Shown here piece after piece: positions 1-10,608 of a stretch of 39,589 bases of DNA. This stretch comes from Clostridiales bacterium (GTDB lineage Bacteria; Bacillota; Clostridia; Lutisporales; Lutisporaceae). Positions within the stretch are counted from its first letter, which is position 1. Each line of letters starts with the position of its first letter. A program made the position numbers and the translations under genes. A model generated the notes under the pieces. The model ran no database searches, was not told the DNA's origin, and saw nothing but the letters and a program-made list of their open reading frames with translations. The DNA lies in the NCBI GenBank assembly GCA_012842725.1, contig DUSG01000066.1, forward strand, positions 1 through 39,589, given 5' to 3'.

Positions 1-1467
1 GTAATCATTTTGGGTATTATTCTTACCTACATAGATATCAAAACCGGATGATGAAATAAAACGCATAGGTTTAGATGGTTTTTCAGATGATTTTAACATC
101 TTTTTTTTGTCTGCTTTGTTACTTATATAACCTTCCCTAATTAATTCTTCCCTTATTTCATTTATTTCATTTTCATCCAGGTTATTGTTTAAGCTATTTA
201 ATACACTTTCTAAATATAAAATCTCATCAAATACCTGTTCTATTTGATTTTTTATCAGTTCTTGAGCAGTTTTTAATTTATTGTATTGTTTATAATATTT
301 CTGTGCATTATCTATTGGAGTTAGTGTGGGGTCTAGGGCAATTTCTATCATTTCTTCATCTGAACTATATATATTTGGCAAACTTACCTTATCCAGACCT
401 TTTTGAAGTTTATAAAGATTAGCCATGATAATATCTGCACAAAGCTTATAATATTCAAAGTTTTTAGCTTCCATTAATTCGCTTTCCAGTATGGACAGTT
501 TCTTTTCACTTCTTTCGAGCCTTGTTTTCAATACTTTGCTGATATCACTTGTTTTCTGTTTGATTCTGTTCTGGAGGTCCTTTTCAAAATAGAATTCTTC
601 AATTATATCGCTGATGCTGCTTTTTTTTATGCATTGGTATTCTTTGTATATAGTCAATTCAATAGGTGAAAAATCTATCTTTCTTTGATTATCTGATATT
701 ATATTCGGTGTGTATGTTTTATTTTTGACTGTTTCTATTAATTTGCTAAATTGCTCATAGAGTTTTTCTGCTTTATTCTCATTAATTCCCTTAATATCTT
801 CATCGGCTTCAATACCTGCTCTATAGCAAATCTCCTGAGCTACTACGGGACTGATGCCAAAGAAATCGTTGACAAGATATTGATAAGCTTTAATGCTGCC
901 GGAAACTGATTGGAGTGATGATAAAAAAATTTCTCTGTTTATATTGAGCGGATCTTTTTTGTTTCCTGAAGGAGGATAAATATACTTAAGTCCGGGCATT
1001 ATAGTTCTTACGCTACTCATGTCGCTGCTTACCTTTTTAATGCTGTCAATTATAACCGTAGTTTCACCATCAATCAGGATAATATTGCTATGACGACCCA
1101 TTATTTCAACTATCAAAGTCTTTTCTACATTATAGCCCATTTCATCTAAGCAGTTGAAAGTAATCTCAATAATTCTTTCAAGACTTGGCTGTTTAATATC
1201 TATTATTTTGCTTCCTGACAAATGCTTTCTTAGGAGCATGCAGAAAGCAGGAGCGTTTTGAGGGTTAGGTTTTTGATTTTGAGTAAGGTGTATTTTAGGA
1301 TATGTGGAATTTGCAGAAATTAAAAGTTTATAATTAACTTTATTATTTCTTATATTTAAAATTATCTCATCTGTTTCCGGTTGATATATTTTTTCTATTC
1401 TACCGCCCAGGATTGTGTGTTTAAATTCTTCTACTAAAGAATTAACTGTTATACCATCAAAAGGCAT
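1..1467 (-). CDS. rqcH: Ribosome quality-control factor RqcH (NFACT/FbpA, Rqc2 homolog); 3' end runs off the left edge of the window
   Basis: Not in the ORF track because it is truncated. Minus-strand ATG at 1467 follows AGGAGG (cctcct 1475-1480). Translation begins MPFDGITVNSLVEEFKHTILGGRIEKIYQPETDE and contains FCMLLRKHL and EIMGRHSNIIL, typical of NFACT/FbpA. Confidence 0.93.
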   Translation of the reverse strand, partial: MPFDGITVNSLVEEFKHTILGGRIEKIYQPETDEIILNIRNNKVNYKLLISANSTYPKIHLTQNQKPNPQNAPAFCMLLRKHLSGSKIIDIKQPSLERIIEITFNCLDEMGYNVEKTLIVEIMGRHSNIILIDGETTVIIDSIKKVSSDMSSVRTIMPGLKYIYPPSGNKKDPLNINREIFLSSLQSVSGSIKAYQYLVNDFFGISPVVAQEICYRAGIEADEDIKGINENKAEKLYEQFSKLIETVKNKTYTPNIISDNQRKIDFSPIELTIYKEYQCIKKSSISDIIEEFYFEKDLQNRIKQKTSDISKVLKTRLERSEKKLSILESELMEAKNFEYYKLCADIIMANLYKLQKGLDKVSLPNIYSSDEEMIEIALDPTLTPIDNAQKYYKQYNKLKTAQELIKNQIEQVFDEILYLESVLNSLNNNLDENEINEIREELIREGYISNKADKKKMLKSSEKPSKPMRFISSSGFDIYVGKNNTQNDY

Positions 1468-1510
1468 GATAATACCTCCTAAATTTCACTGTAAACTTAT
1501 AGCTAACATG

Positions 1511-1519
1511 ATTATATCA
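1511..1519 (-). promoter_or_regulatory. Putative extended -10 SigA element for rqcH
   Basis: Minus strand reads TG-A-TATAAT, about 45 nt upstream of the rqcH start. Confidence 0.45.
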
Positions 1520-1612
1520 AAAATAGCAATATATAAATAATATTTACTTGATTAAATAAGGATAAATCTTACTATATCTTAAACATTAATTTAAATACTT
1601 ATGTGTTATATA

Positions 1613-1621
1613 TGTTATAAT
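1613..1621 (+). promoter_or_regulatory. Putative extended -10 SigA element for the dapF operon
   Basis: TG-T-TATAAT about 35 nt upstream of the dapF ATG, followed by an AGGAGG RBS. Confidence 0.45.
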
Positions 1622-1655
1622 ACAGATTAAGGATTATATTAGGAGGATATATTTT

Positions 1656-2486
1656 ATGAATTTTTATAAATATCATGGTCTTGGAAATGATTTTATTATT
1701 ATAGATAATAGGGACAACAACATAAATCTGATCAAAGATGATATAATAGCTTTATGCCACAGAAATTACGGAATAGGTGCAGATGGTATTATATTAGTTG
1801 AAAACAGTAAAGAGCAAGATATAAAGATGACTATATATAATGCAGATGGAAGTCAGGCGGAAATGTGTGGTAATGCTACAAGATGTTTTGCAAAATATGT
1901 TTATGAAAAAGATATTGTAAAAAAAACAAAGATTAATATCGAAACACTTGCAGGAGTGATAATTCCTGAACTGGAAATAAAGAATGGAAAAGTTATTAAT
2001 GTTAAGGTTGACATGGGAAAGCCGATATTTGAAGCAAAAGATATACCATGCAATATAAATAAAAAAACAGCGATAAATGCAAGCATAGAGATTGATTCCA
2101 ATATTTATGTAATAACAGCTGTGTCAATAGGTGTTCCTCATGTAGTTATTTTTAGGGATACGCTTATTGATGAAGAAGTAATAAAAGAAGGTAAGATAAT
2201 AGAGAATAGTCATTATTTCCCAATGAAAACCAATGTTAACTTTGCAAAAATCTTTGGCAGAAATGAAATAGCTGTAAGAACATGGGAGAGAGGGGCAGGA
2301 TATACGCTTGCCTGTGGAACAGGTTCTTGCGCCAGTGTTGCTGCAGGAATCATAAATGGCTTATTAGATAGTACAGTTCTTGTACATACAAGGGGTGGGG
2401 ATTTGACTGTTCACTGGGATGGAAAAAATAATATATTTATGGAGGGGACAGCTACGGAAGTCTTTTCCGGTAAAATTGATATATAA
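1656..2486 (+). CDS. dapF: Diaminopimelate epimerase
   Basis: KYHGLGNDF, EMCGN and ERGAGYTLACGTG motifs with both catalytic Cys; AGGAGG RBS. Confidence 0.97.
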   Translation: MNFYKYHGLGNDFIIIDNRDNNINLIKDDIIALCHRNYGIGADGIILVENSKEQDIKMTIYNADGSQAEMCGNATRCFAKYVYEKDIVKKTKINIETLAGVIIPELEIKNGKVINVKVDMGKPIFEAKDIPCNINKKTAINASIEIDSNIYVITAVSIGVPHVVIFRDTLIDEEVIKEGKIIENSHYFPMKTNVNFAKIFGRNEIAVRTWERGAGYTLACGTGSCASVAAGIINGLLDSTVLVHTRGGDLTVHWDGKNNIFMEGTATEVFSGKIDI

Positions 2487-2604
2487 GATTTATCAAGAAA
2501 TCTTTAAAATCAATATATTGTTTTTTTTTATGAAATTATATAAAATTATATAGAACTTAAGATGAATGAAGAATAAACAAGTTTTATCCGGAAGGAATGG
2601 TTTT

Positions 2605-3480
2605 ATGGCTATGAGTATGACTGGGTTTGGCAGAGGGGAATATGGAGAAGATAATTATTATTTTACGGTAGATGTTAGATCGGTTAATCATAGATATAGT
2701 GATTTTACAATAAGGTTGCCAAAAACATTGTTGATTCTGGAAGATAAAGTCAGAGAATATGCTTCTTCTCGAATTAGCAGAGGGAAAGTAGATATTTATA
2801 TCAATTATGATTCTTTCGGGCAGGAAGCTGATATAAAGATTGATACAAATCTCGTGAAATCATATATAGATTGTTTAACTAAAATAAAGGATGAATTCAA
2901 CATAAATGATGAAATAAATCTATCTTTATTAACCAAGTTTACAGATATTTTCAAGGTAGAAAAGATAGAAAAAAAAGAAGAAGAAATATGGAATATTTTA
3001 AAAGTTGCACTGGAAAAAGCATTCGAAGCTTTATGCGAAATGAAAGAAAGGGAAGGAGAAAGACTATCAAATGATATAAAAGCAAAGCTAGATAGTATTA
3101 GGAAGATAATCAATGATATTGAGGAAAAATATGGTAGTTTGCTTGATGAACATATTAGAAAATTTAGAGAAAGAATTATTGAATTGACTCAGGGTATAAC
3201 ATTGGATGAAAACAGATTGATGACTGAAATTGCAATTATTGCTGATAAGAGTAGTATAGATGAGGAAATAGTAAGATTAAAAAGCCATATTGATGAATTT
3301 GAAAAAACACTGTGTTTGAAATCAGCAGTAGGAAGAAAATTGGATTTTTTAGTTCAGGAGATGAACAGGGAAATAAATACAATAGGTTCAAAAGCCGTTG
3401 ATATATGTATTATAAATAATGTAGTAGATTTAAAAACTCAAATAGAAAAAATTAGAGAGCAAATACAAAATTTAGAATAA
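2605..3480 (+). CDS. yicC: YicC/YloC family endoribonuclease
   Basis: SMTGFG N-terminus, SVNHRY, and C-terminal GRKLDFLVQEMNREINTIGSK...EKIREQIQNLE. Start moved to ATG 2605 after GAAGGA. Confidence 0.95.
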   Translation: MAMSMTGFGRGEYGEDNYYFTVDVRSVNHRYSDFTIRLPKTLLILEDKVREYASSRISRGKVDIYINYDSFGQEADIKIDTNLVKSYIDCLTKIKDEFNINDEINLSLLTKFTDIFKVEKIEKKEEEIWNILKVALEKAFEALCEMKEREGERLSNDIKAKLDSIRKIINDIEEKYGSLLDEHIRKFRERIIELTQGITLDENRLMTEIAIIADKSSIDEEIVRLKSHIDEFEKTLCLKSAVGRKLDFLVQEMNREINTIGSKAVDICIINNVVDLKTQIEKIREQIQNLE

Positions 3481-3498
3481 AGATTAGGAGGATTTTCA

Positions 3499-3789
3499 AT
3501 GAATATTAAGCTTATTAATATCGGTTTTGGTAATATTGTATCAGCTAATAGGTTAGTTGCAATTGTAGGTCCAGAGTCAGCTCCTATTAAGAGAATTATT
3601 CAGGAAGCAAGAGACAGAGGAATGCTTATTGACGCAACTTATGGTAGAAGAACAAGAGCAGTTATAATAACGGATAGCGATCATATAATACTTTCAGCAG
3701 TTCAGCCTGAAACAGTGGCTCATAGATTAGTGGGCAAAGTAGATGAAACTGAACAAGAAGCGGAAAATGATGATATGGACGTTGAATGA
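3499..3789 (+). CDS. remA: RemA/DUF370 family regulator
   Basis: [14 protein letters not shown]...ESAPIKR...[13 protein letters not shown]; conserved position between yicC and gmk. Confidence 0.95.
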   Translation: MNIKLINIGFGNIVSANRLVAIVGPESAPIKRIIQEARDRGMLIDATYGRRTRAVIITDSDHIILSAVQPETVAHRLVGKVDETEQEAENDDMDVE

Positions 3790-3825
3790 AGAACAGAATA
3801 CTATTACTTTAATAAGGTGAGGTTA

Positions 3826-4443
3826 ATGAAAAATCAAAAGGGCTTGCTAATTGTGATTTCAGGTCCATCTGCAGTAGGAAAAGGGACAATATGCAAGGAG
3901 TTGTTTAAAAAAAATATTGAAAACCTAGAATTATCTATTTCAGTAACTACTAGAAATCCACGACATGGTGAGATTGACGGAGTAAATTATTACTTTGTAG
4001 ATAAAAATAGATTTCAAGAAATGATAGATAATGGAGAATTATTAGAATATGCTCTTGTATATGACAATTATTATGGAACTCCAAAAAAATATGTTATTGA
4101 TAAGATAAATGAAGGAAAAGATGTTATATTAGAGATAGATATTCAAGGTGCAAAACAAGTAAAAGAAAATTATGACGATGGTATATTTGTATTTATAATG
4201 CCTCCATCTTTTAAAGAGCTCAAAAATAGAATATTAAAAAGAGGTACTGAGGCGCAAAAGGATATAGACATAAGAATGAAATGTGCATTTGATGAGATTC
4301 AACATGCAAAGTATTATAATTATATAGTTGTCAACGATGATCTGGATAAGGCCGTAGAAAATATTTATTGTATAATAAAAGCTGAAAGATGCAAATTAAG
4401 TAGATATAATCTTGATTTGTTCGAATTCAAGGAGGAATTATAA
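3826..4443 (+). CDS. gmk: Guanylate kinase
   Basis: P-loop SGPSAVGKGT, SVTTRNPR, NYYGTP, LEIDIQGA; ATG 3826 after AGGTGAGG. Confidence 0.97.
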   Translation: MKNQKGLLIVISGPSAVGKGTICKELFKKNIENLELSISVTTRNPRHGEIDGVNYYFVDKNRFQEMIDNGELLEYALVYDNYYGTPKKYVIDKINEGKDVILEIDIQGAKQVKENYDDGIFVFIMPPSFKELKNRILKRGTEAQKDIDIRMKCAFDEIQHAKYYNYIVVNDDLDKAVENIYCIIKAERCKLSRYNLDLFEFKEEL

Positions 4444-4676
4444 TGATGGTTAGTCCAACCATGAATAAACTATTTGATAAAGTTGACAGTAGATATACTC
4501 TTGTTGTCGCTGTTGCAAAAAGAGCGCGACAACTTGTGGATGGGCAACAAAGTCTTATAGAAACCAGTTCGGTAAAACCTGTTACAATTGCAATGGAAGA
4601 GATTGCAGCAGGAAAGTTAAGATGTTTAAATGGAAAGCATGTTAAAAAAACAGGTGAAAAGAATGTTAAAGAATAA
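4443..4676 (+). CDS. rpoZ: RNA polymerase omega subunit
   Basis: KVDSRYTLVVAVAKRARQL...KPVTIAMEEI; gmk-rpoZ-coaBC synteny. Confidence 0.95.
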   Translation: MMVSPTMNKLFDKVDSRYTLVVAVAKRARQLVDGQQSLIETSSVKPVTIAMEEIAAGKLRCLNGKHVKKTGEKNVKE

Positions 4677-5850
4677 AAATATAGTTTTAGGTGTTACAGG
4701 CGGAATTGCAGCCTACAAAGCTTGTGATTTAGTGAGTCGCTTGGTTAAAGCTGAGGCAAATGTAGATGTTATAATGACAGAAAATGCTACAAAATTTATT
4801 AATCCTCTGACTTTTCAATCCTTATCTTCTAATCAGGTTATCGTTGATATGTTTAAGGAACCTAAGTACTGGGAAATACAACATATTGCCCTTGCTAAAA
4901 AAGCAGATTTGGTTGTTGTTGCCCCTGCAACCGCCAACATAATCGGGAAAATAGCCAATGGAATAGCGGATGACATGTTAACTACTACAGTGATGGCAAC
5001 TAAAGCACCTGTGGTATTTGCTCCTGCTATGAATTGTAATATGTATGAAAATCCAATATTGCAATCAAATATAGAACGGCTAAAAGCATTAGGATATAGA
5101 TTTATAGAACCCGGTGAAGGCAGATTGGCATGCGGGGATGTAGGAATAGGCAAGATGGCAGAACCTGATGTTATAGAGTCATATATAAACAGCATGTTTG
5201 AAAGAAAGAAGGATTTTGTTGGAAAAACCGTAATTGTCACTGCTGGTCCAACAAGAGAAGCTATTGATCCTGTTAGATATATATCCAATCATTCTACAGG
5301 TAAAATGGGCTATTCTATTGCATACAAAGCTGTGGATAGAGGAGCTAAAGTATATCTTATTTCCGGACCAACCTCATTGAAAGCACCAGAGGGCGTTCAG
5401 CTCATACCTGTAAATTCAGCCAGAGAAATGCATGAAAAGATTATGGAGCATTATGATGAAGCAGATATTGTGATAATGAGCGCAGCTGTTGCAGATTATG
5501 CTCCTGCAATCACTCATCAGCAAAAAGTTAAGAAGAGTGATGAAAAGCTAATTTTAGAATTAGTAAAAAATCCTGATATATTATATGAGTTAGGGAAGAT
5601 AAAGGGAGATAAGATTCTGGTAGGCTTTGCTATGGAGACAGAAAATCTTGTTGAAAATGCAAAAGAAAAAGTTTCAAAAAAGAATCTGGATTTTATAGTA
5701 GCTAACGATTTATTCACAGAAGGTGCAGGTTTTGGCACAGATACTAATGTGGTTAAGATAATAGACAAACAAGGAAATGTGGAAAGCTTACCGAAGATGG
5801 CAAAGCTTGATTTGGCTGACTTGATATTGGATAGAATCATTAAATTATAA
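4663..5850 (+). CDS. coaBC: Bifunctional phosphopantothenoylcysteine decarboxylase/synthetase
   Basis: GVTGGIAAYK, APATAN, PAMN, TAGPTRE.IDPVRYISNHSTGKMG, GFAMET; start at ATG 4663 after AGGTG. Confidence 0.97.
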   Translation: MLKNKNIVLGVTGGIAAYKACDLVSRLVKAEANVDVIMTENATKFINPLTFQSLSSNQVIVDMFKEPKYWEIQHIALAKKADLVVVAPATANIIGKIANGIADDMLTTTVMATKAPVVFAPAMNCNMYENPILQSNIERLKALGYRFIEPGEGRLACGDVGIGKMAEPDVIESYINSMFERKKDFVGKTVIVTAGPTREAIDPVRYISNHSTGKMGYSIAYKAVDRGAKVYLISGPTSLKAPEGVQLIPVNSAREMHEKIMEHYDEADIVIMSAAVADYAPAITHQQKVKKSDEKLILELVKNPDILYELGKIKGDKILVGFAMETENLVENAKEKVSKKNLDFIVANDLFTEGAGFGTDTNVVKIIDKQGNVESLPKMAKLDLADLILDRIIKL

Positions 5851-5871
5851 GCGTACATAAGTGCGCTTTTT
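5849..5871 (+). terminator. Putative intrinsic terminator after coaBC
   Basis: AAGCGTAC-ATAA-GTGCGCTT stem (one G-U pair) followed by a T-run. Confidence 0.5.
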
Positions 5872-5997
5872 ATAACCCACGATATTTTAATATAACTTTT
5901 CATAATAGGTTTAACATAAGGCTTCCTTGTTGTTAAAAATGCTTTTACGGGAAGCTTTTATTAATAATATAGGTATGAATGGGGGGGTGGAGAAAAA

Positions 5998-8439
5998 ATG
6001 TCTGATATCAGAATTGCTCAAGTGATTGTAGATAATAAGTGCAAAGAGACAGATAGACTTTATAGTTATATTATACCTGAAGATATGGAAGTAGAAATTG
6101 GTTGTAGAGTTATAGTACCTTTTGGAAAATCTAACAAAAAAGTGGAAGGTTATGTGATAGAAATAAAAGAGGATATTGACTATGATAAAGAACGGTTAAA
6201 AGCTATTATAAAGCCAGCCGGTAGTGATGTATTTCTACCTCCCAATATGCTGAAGCTAATTGCTTGGATGAGAGAGAGATACCTGTGTTACTATATTGAA
6301 GCCATACATAGTATATTGCCGTCTAATGTGAGGATTAAAAGTACATATTACTTTGAGTTAAATAATGATATAAGACCTTTAGAATTGTTAAAGGAAGGCA
6401 ATCCTCCAATACTGACAGAGATTGTTTGCTTTATTGAAGAAAAAGGAGGAAGTGTTTCCTGGGAAGAGTTAAGAGACAACTTCAATGATAATGTGCTGGA
6501 TAAAGCCATTAGAAAACTGTTAAAACTTGGTGTTTTAAAGCGACTGCAAAAACTAAAAAAGCAGGAAAGTATAAAATATGAAAAATTAATATATCCTGTA
6601 GATATAAAAGACATAAAGATTTCTGCTAACGCCAAAAAACAGAAACTTCTCTATGATTTGGTCTTATCTAATCCTGGCATTGAGCTATCAAAGGTAAAAA
6701 AAATTTATGATATATCACAAGAGACGGTAAATAGCATGTTAGAAAAAGGGTATATAAGAGTTGAGGAAGAAGAAGTATATAGATTAGTGCAAGAAAAACT
6801 ACCTGTCGAGGAAAGAAAAATACTCACCAATGAACAAATTGAGGCCATAAAAGAAATAAAAAAATATTTTAACGAAGGTTACTACGTACTGCTTCATGGT
6901 GTCACAAACAGCGGGAAAACTGAAATATATATGAATTTGATAGAAGAAGAAATAAAGAAAGGAAAACAAGGAATAGTACTTGTACCTGAAATTGCGTTAA
7001 CACCACAGATGATAAGGAGATTTGTAAGTAGATTTGGTGATGCTGTGGCGGTTTTGCACAGTGGGCTTTCTGATGGTGAAAAATATGATGAATGGAGAAG
7101 GATTTATCAGGGAAAGGCAAAAGTAGTTGTCGGAGCCAGATCAGCTATATTTGCACCGTTTAATAATCTTGGAATAATAATTATAGATGAAGAGCATGAA
7201 AGCACATACAAATCAGAAACCAGACCCAAATATGATGCAAGAGAAGTAGCTATAAAAAGAAGCCAATTGGAAGGTGCTAATCTGTTGCTGGGATCAGCTA
7301 CACCTTCTATTGAAAATTATTATTATGCCATAAATAAAATGAATAATATGAGGTTGGTATCAATTTCTTCCAGAGTTAATAACAGATCTATGCCCAGCAT
7401 TGAAATAATTGACATGAGAGAAGAATTAAAAAGTGGAAATAAAAGTATTTTCAGCAACAGGCTTGTTGATGAGATAAAAAATACTTTGGATAACAATGAT
7501 CAAGTGATATTGTTTTTAAACAGAAGAGGTTACTCCACTTTTGTTTCCTGCAGGAGCTGTGGTTATGTGGCAAAATGTCCAAATTGCAGTATATCTTTAA
7601 CTTACCATGCTAAAGGAAATTATCTATATTGCCATTATTGCGGTTATTCAAGTTCTAATCCTGTAATATGCCCTAATTGCAAAAGCAATTATATTAGATA
7701 TTTTGGAACAGGAACACAAAGAGTTGAAAAAGAATTTGAAGACAAATTTCCTGGTATAAAAACTTTAAGAATGGATGCAGATACAACCACCAGGAAGAAT
7801 TCTCATAAGATAATTCTTGATAAGTTTAGAAATAAAGAGGCTAGTGTTTTGATTGGAACTCAAATGATTGGGAAAGGACATGATTTTCCTGAAGTAACAT
7901 TGGTAGGTATTATAACTTCAGATACATACTTGAATTTACCTGATTTTAGGGCTTCAGAAAGAACTTTTCAAATGATAACCCAGTCAGCAGGGAGAGCAGG
8001 CAGAGGAGAAAAACCAGGAAAAGTTATAATTCAATCATATAATCCTGATCATTACAGTTTATATTATGCAAAAAATCATGATTTTGTTGGGTTTTATAAA
8101 GAGGAAATAAAATTGAGAGAGGATATGGATTATCCACCTTTTTCACATTTGGGGCAAATAATGGTCAGTGGATATGATGAAGAAAAAGTTATTAATGCTG
8201 CCAAAGATTCAGCTAAAATAATTAACAAAATAATAGGCAGATACTGTAATGCGAAACTTTGGGGACCTTCCCCGGCACCTTTAACGAAAATTAATAACAG
8301 GTACAGATGGCAGCTTATATTGAAAAATAAAACAGAAGAGGAATTGGTATATATATTAAAAAACTATAATGATTATAGTTCATCAATGTTCAAAGATGTA
8401 AGCATAAGTATAGATATTAATCCTTTAAATATGTTATAG
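5998..8439 (+). CDS. priA: Primosomal protein N' (replication restart helicase)
   Basis: LLHGVTNSGKTE, LVPEIALTPQ, IIDEEH, four CxxC zinc pairs, DFRASER, GRAGR. Confidence 0.97.
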   Translation: MSDIRIAQVIVDNKCKETDRLYSYIIPEDMEVEIGCRVIVPFGKSNKKVEGYVIEIKEDIDYDKERLKAIIKPAGSDVFLPPNMLKLIAWMRERYLCYYIEAIHSILPSNVRIKSTYYFELNNDIRPLELLKEGNPPILTEIVCFIEEKGGSVSWEELRDNFNDNVLDKAIRKLLKLGVLKRLQKLKKQESIKYEKLIYPVDIKDIKISANAKKQKLLYDLVLSNPGIELSKVKKIYDISQETVNSMLEKGYIRVEEEEVYRLVQEKLPVEERKILTNEQIEAIKEIKKYFNEGYYVLLHGVTNSGKTEIYMNLIEEEIKKGKQGIVLVPEIALTPQMIRRFVSRFGDAVAVLHSGLSDGEKYDEWRRIYQGKAKVVVGARSAIFAPFNNLGIIIIDEEHESTYKSETRPKYDAREVAIKRSQLEGANLLLGSATPSIENYYYAINKMNNMRLVSISSRVNNRSMPSIEIIDMREELKSGNKSIFSNRLVDEIKNTLDNNDQVILFLNRRGYSTFVSCRSCGYVAKCPNCSISLTYHAKGNYLYCHYCGYSSSNPVICPNCKSNYIRYFGTGTQRVEKEFEDKFPGIKTLRMDADTTTRKNSHKIILDKFRNKEASVLIGTQMIGKGHDFPEVTLVGIITSDTYLNLPDFRASERTFQMITQSAGRAGRGEKPGKVIIQSYNPDHYSLYYAKNHDFVGFYKEEIKLREDMDYPPFSHLGQIMVSGYDEEKVINAAKDSAKIINKIIGRYCNAKLWGPSPAPLTKINNRYRWQLILKNKTEEELVYILKNYNDYSSSMFKDVSISIDINPLNML

Positions 8440-8469
8440 TAATGTTAAAGAAAAAATAGGAGGGTTATG

Positions 8470-8931
8470 ATGGCAATTAGAGCAATTAGAAAGGATACAG
8501 ATGAAATATTGAGAAAAACTGCCAAAAAGGTGGAGAAAATAGATCAGAGAATAATCACTTTATTGGAAGATATGACAGATACAATGCGTGAAGCTGGTGG
8601 TGTTGGATTAGCAGCACCTCAAATCGGGGTATTAAGAAGAGTAGTGGTGATTGATGTAGGAGAAGGTTTGATAGAAGTGATAAATCCGGTAATAGTATAT
8701 GAAAGCGGAGAGCAGATGAGGGAAGAAGGCTGTCTTAGCATTCCGGGAATAACCGGAATAGTGAAAAGGCCAAAGAAAGTTATTGTAAGAGCGCAAAACA
8801 GAAAAGGAGAAATATTTGAAATTGTAGGAGAAGATTTATTAGCTGTAGCTTTATGCCATGAAATAGATCATCTGAACGGTATTTTATTTACTGACAAAGC
8901 TATTCAAATAAATGAGCAAGGAAGAGATTAG
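8470..8931 (+). CDS. def: Peptide deformylase
   Basis: GVGLAAPQIG, EGCLS and HEIDH motifs. Confidence 0.97.
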   Translation: MAIRAIRKDTDEILRKTAKKVEKIDQRIITLLEDMTDTMREAGGVGLAAPQIGVLRRVVVIDVGEGLIEVINPVIVYESGEQMREEGCLSIPGITGIVKRPKKVIVRAQNRKGEIFEIVGEDLLAVALCHEIDHLNGILFTDKAIQINEQGRD

Positions 8932-8932
8932 C

Positions 8933-9865
8933 ATGAGAATAATTTTTATGGGTACACCAGATTTTGCAGTGCCTAGTTTAAAGGTACTTTATGAAAAGTC
9001 ATATGATATATGCGCTGTAGTAGTTCAACCTGATAAACCAAAGGGCAGGGGGAATAAACTGACTTTTCCCCCTGTAAAACAAGTAGCTTTGGAGTTGGGA
9101 TTACCAGTATACCAACCTGAAAGGATAAAAGATACTCAATTTGTTGAAACTATAAAAGAATTAAGACCTGATATGATAGTAGTAGTAGCATTTGGTCAGA
9201 TACTATCTAAAGAGATATTAGACATACCTCCTTTGGGATGTATAAATGTTCATGCATCTTTGCTGCCAAAGTATAGAGGTGCAGCACCTATAAATTGGAG
9301 CATAATAAACGGGGACAGAGTAACCGGCGTTACTACCATGTATATGGATGAAGGATTGGATACCGGCGATATGATATTAAAAAAACAAATTGAAATTGAT
9401 GATGAAATGAATGCTCAAGAACTTCATGATATGCTTTCTATACTTGGAGCAGAAACACTAATAGAAACGCTGGAAAATATAGAAATGGGCAAAATAATAA
9501 GAGTTAAACAGAACGAGGAAGAAGCCACTTATGCTCCAATGTTAAAAAAAGAAATAGGCAAAATAGATTGGTCATTGGATTGCAGAAGGATAAAGAATTT
9601 AATAAGAGGTACATATCCATGGCCTGGTGCATTTTCCTACTATGAAGGAAAAATGTTCAAGATATTTAAAGCAGATATAGTAGATGAAGATAAAAGCAAT
9701 CATGAGTATGGTGTAATTACAGAAATTAACAAAGATAATATAATCATTAGCTGTGGAAAAGGTTTTCTATGTGTTAAAGAGATTCAATTTGAAAATCAGA
9801 AGAGAATGGATGTAGCAGCTTATTTGAGAGGTCATAAAATTATCAAAAATACTGTTTTAGGTTAA
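8933..9865 (+). CDS. fmt: Methionyl-tRNA formyltransferase
   Basis: MRIIFMGTPDFA, INVHASLLPKYRGAAPI, LDTGD; start 8933 just after the def stop. Confidence 0.97.
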   Translation: MRIIFMGTPDFAVPSLKVLYEKSYDICAVVVQPDKPKGRGNKLTFPPVKQVALELGLPVYQPERIKDTQFVETIKELRPDMIVVVAFGQILSKEILDIPPLGCINVHASLLPKYRGAAPINWSIINGDRVTGVTTMYMDEGLDTGDMILKKQIEIDDEMNAQELHDMLSILGAETLIETLENIEMGKIIRVKQNEEEATYAPMLKKEIGKIDWSLDCRRIKNLIRGTYPWPGAFSYYEGKMFKIFKADIVDEDKSNHEYGVITEINKDNIIISCGKGFLCVKEIQFENQKRMDVAAYLRGHKIIKNTVLG

Positions 9866-9877
9866 GGAGGATTGTAT

Positions 9878-10570
9878 ATGTTTTACGGTTACGGATATTA
9901 TGATCCTACTTATATATTACTCCTACCCGCTATGCTGTTTGCGCTTTATGCTCAGACAAAAATATCAACGACTTTTAGTAGATTTCTGAGAGTCAGAAAT
10001 TCAAATGGCTTTACAGGATATGAAGTAGCAAGAAGAATTCTGGATGCCAATGGTTTGTACGATGTTTCTATTGAAATGATAAGAGGTAACTTGACAGATC
10101 ATTATGATCCAAGAAAAAGAGTATTGAGATTATCATATGATGTTTATAACGGAAACTCCATAGCATCAGCAGGTGTTGCAGCCCATGAATGTGGTCATGC
10201 AATACAGCACAGTGAGCATTATGCACCTCTTATGATAAGAAACATTATTGCACCAATTGCTTCTTTTGGTTCTCAGGCAGCTTGGTTTCTAATATTAATT
10301 GCTTTAATACTTAATATAATGGAGCTTTTTACATTAGGTATCTATTTTTTCAGCGCAGCAGTTTTATTCCAAATTATAACATTGCCAGTTGAATATAATG
10401 CCAGCAAAAGAGCAATAATGGCATTAGAGGATTACGGCTTGGTAGCCAGAGGAGAAATATATGGTGCGAAAAAAGTTCTTTCTGCTGCAGCTTTAACCTA
10501 TGTAGCTGCAACTGTTACAGCTATACTTCAGTTATTAAGATTATTAATGATAAGAGGGAGAAGAGACTGA
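9878..10570 (+). CDS. YugP-like membrane zinc metallopeptidase
   Basis: LTDHYDP, VAAHECGHAIQH (HExxH), TLPVEYNAS.RA, VLSAAALTYVA; hydrophobic segments; AGGAGG 7 nt before ATG 9878. Confidence 0.9.
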   Translation: MFYGYGYYDPTYILLLPAMLFALYAQTKISTTFSRFLRVRNSNGFTGYEVARRILDANGLYDVSIEMIRGNLTDHYDPRKRVLRLSYDVYNGNSIASAGVAAHECGHAIQHSEHYAPLMIRNIIAPIASFGSQAAWFLILIALILNIMELFTLGIYFFSAAVLFQIITLPVEYNASKRAIMALEDYGLVARGEIYGAKKVLSAAALTYVAATVTAILQLLRLLMIRGRRD

Positions 10571-10591
10571 TAGCTATGCTATCAGTCTTTT
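10564..10591 (+). terminator. Perfect 11-bp hairpin with short T-tail between yugP and rsmB
   Basis: AGACTGATAGC-TAT-GCTATCAGTCT-TTT, overlapping the yugP stop codon. Confidence 0.55.
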
Positions 10592-10608
10592 ATGCAAGGA
10601 GTGTAAAT

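Noticed and set aside
4833-5903. Antisense ORFs of 151 and 128 aa over coaBC, and the many similar 60-154 aa antisense ORFs across the window
   Set aside because: All overlap well-supported genes on the opposite strand and are explained by codon bias
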